A DNA stretch of 63,504 nt, filler included, from Reticulomyxa filosa (Eukaryota > Protista > Foraminifera), in the NCBI GenBank assembly GCA_000512085.1. It is 21 parts of 21 records of this genome, joined end to end, with 100 filler letters (N's around TTAATTAATTAA, not from the genome) between each part and the next. Parts side by side here need not be neighbours in the genome. Positions count along the whole stretch, not along the records: positions 62,156 to 63,504 come from ASPP01003229.1; 20 more parts are not named here. One strand, 5' to 3'. The notes under the pieces were generated by a model. It did no database searches, had not been told where the DNA came from, and saw nothing but the letters and a program-made list of their open reading frames with translations. Made by a program: the position numbers and the translations under genes. This document shows, one piece after another, positions 63,373 through 63,504 of the stretch (positions are counted from its first letter, which is position 1; each line of letters begins with the position of its first letter).

Positions 63373-63504
63373 TTCAATGTCATTATGACGCTTTGCTGAA
63401 GCGGAGGCAGAGCCGTCTTCTTTTTCTCTCTCTTTATCTTCTGCTGCTTCAATAAATTTGTCTTCTTCTTTTGACATGATAGAAGATTATCTATTGTACA
63501 CGTT
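63373..63504 (-). repeat. Diverged duplicate of the 5' UTR and first codons of the RRP7-like gene (59670-59816)
   Basis: Shared TTCAATGTCATTAT.ACGCT...CTGAAGCGGAGGCAGAG...TGCTGCTTCAATAAATTT...TCTTCTTTTGACATGATA.AAGATTATCTATTGTACACGTT. Confidence 0.92.

Overview
This is eukaryotic, AT-rich, intron-containing DNA and not a continuous locus. It is 21 short contigs joined by 20 identical 100-bp artificial linkers (N44-TTAATTAATTAA-N44), so adjacency across linkers has no biological meaning. The gene families point to a foraminiferan, most likely Reticulomyxa filosa or a close relative (inference from family content, not a database match). They include expanded RING/TRAF-zinc-finger-WD40 proteins, Kelch-like 'MSNQIFQ.LKELP' proteins, NACHT NTPase and HEAT-repeat proteins, a divergent alpha-tubulin and many poly-Asn tracts. 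Recognisable genes: three WD40 proteins, MCM5, an ABCG transporter with a degenerate NBD, a myotubularin-related protein, alpha-tubulin, proteasome alpha-1 (PSMA6), a TLC-domain protein, an orphan 7TM/GPCR-like protein, a Pmp-like beta-helix surface protein, a GT61 glycosyltransferase, a GDA1/CD39 NTPDase, RPL4, an atypical cytochrome P450, a glycine-zipper/J-domain protein, a BBOX-like dioxygenase and an RRP7-like gene. There are also three non-LTR retrotransposon remnants and several pseudogenes. The signals most worth follow-up are: poly(A) or TnAn tracts replacing the polypyrimidine tract at 3' splice sites; a P450 lacking ExxR and the I-helix Thr; NLR-like and TRAF7-like expanded families showing gene birth and death; a chimeric junction joining an RRP7-like 5' end to HEAT repeats; and a 7TM protein with a ~380-aa intracellular loop. 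No complete novel multi-gene system can be demonstrated from these fragments.
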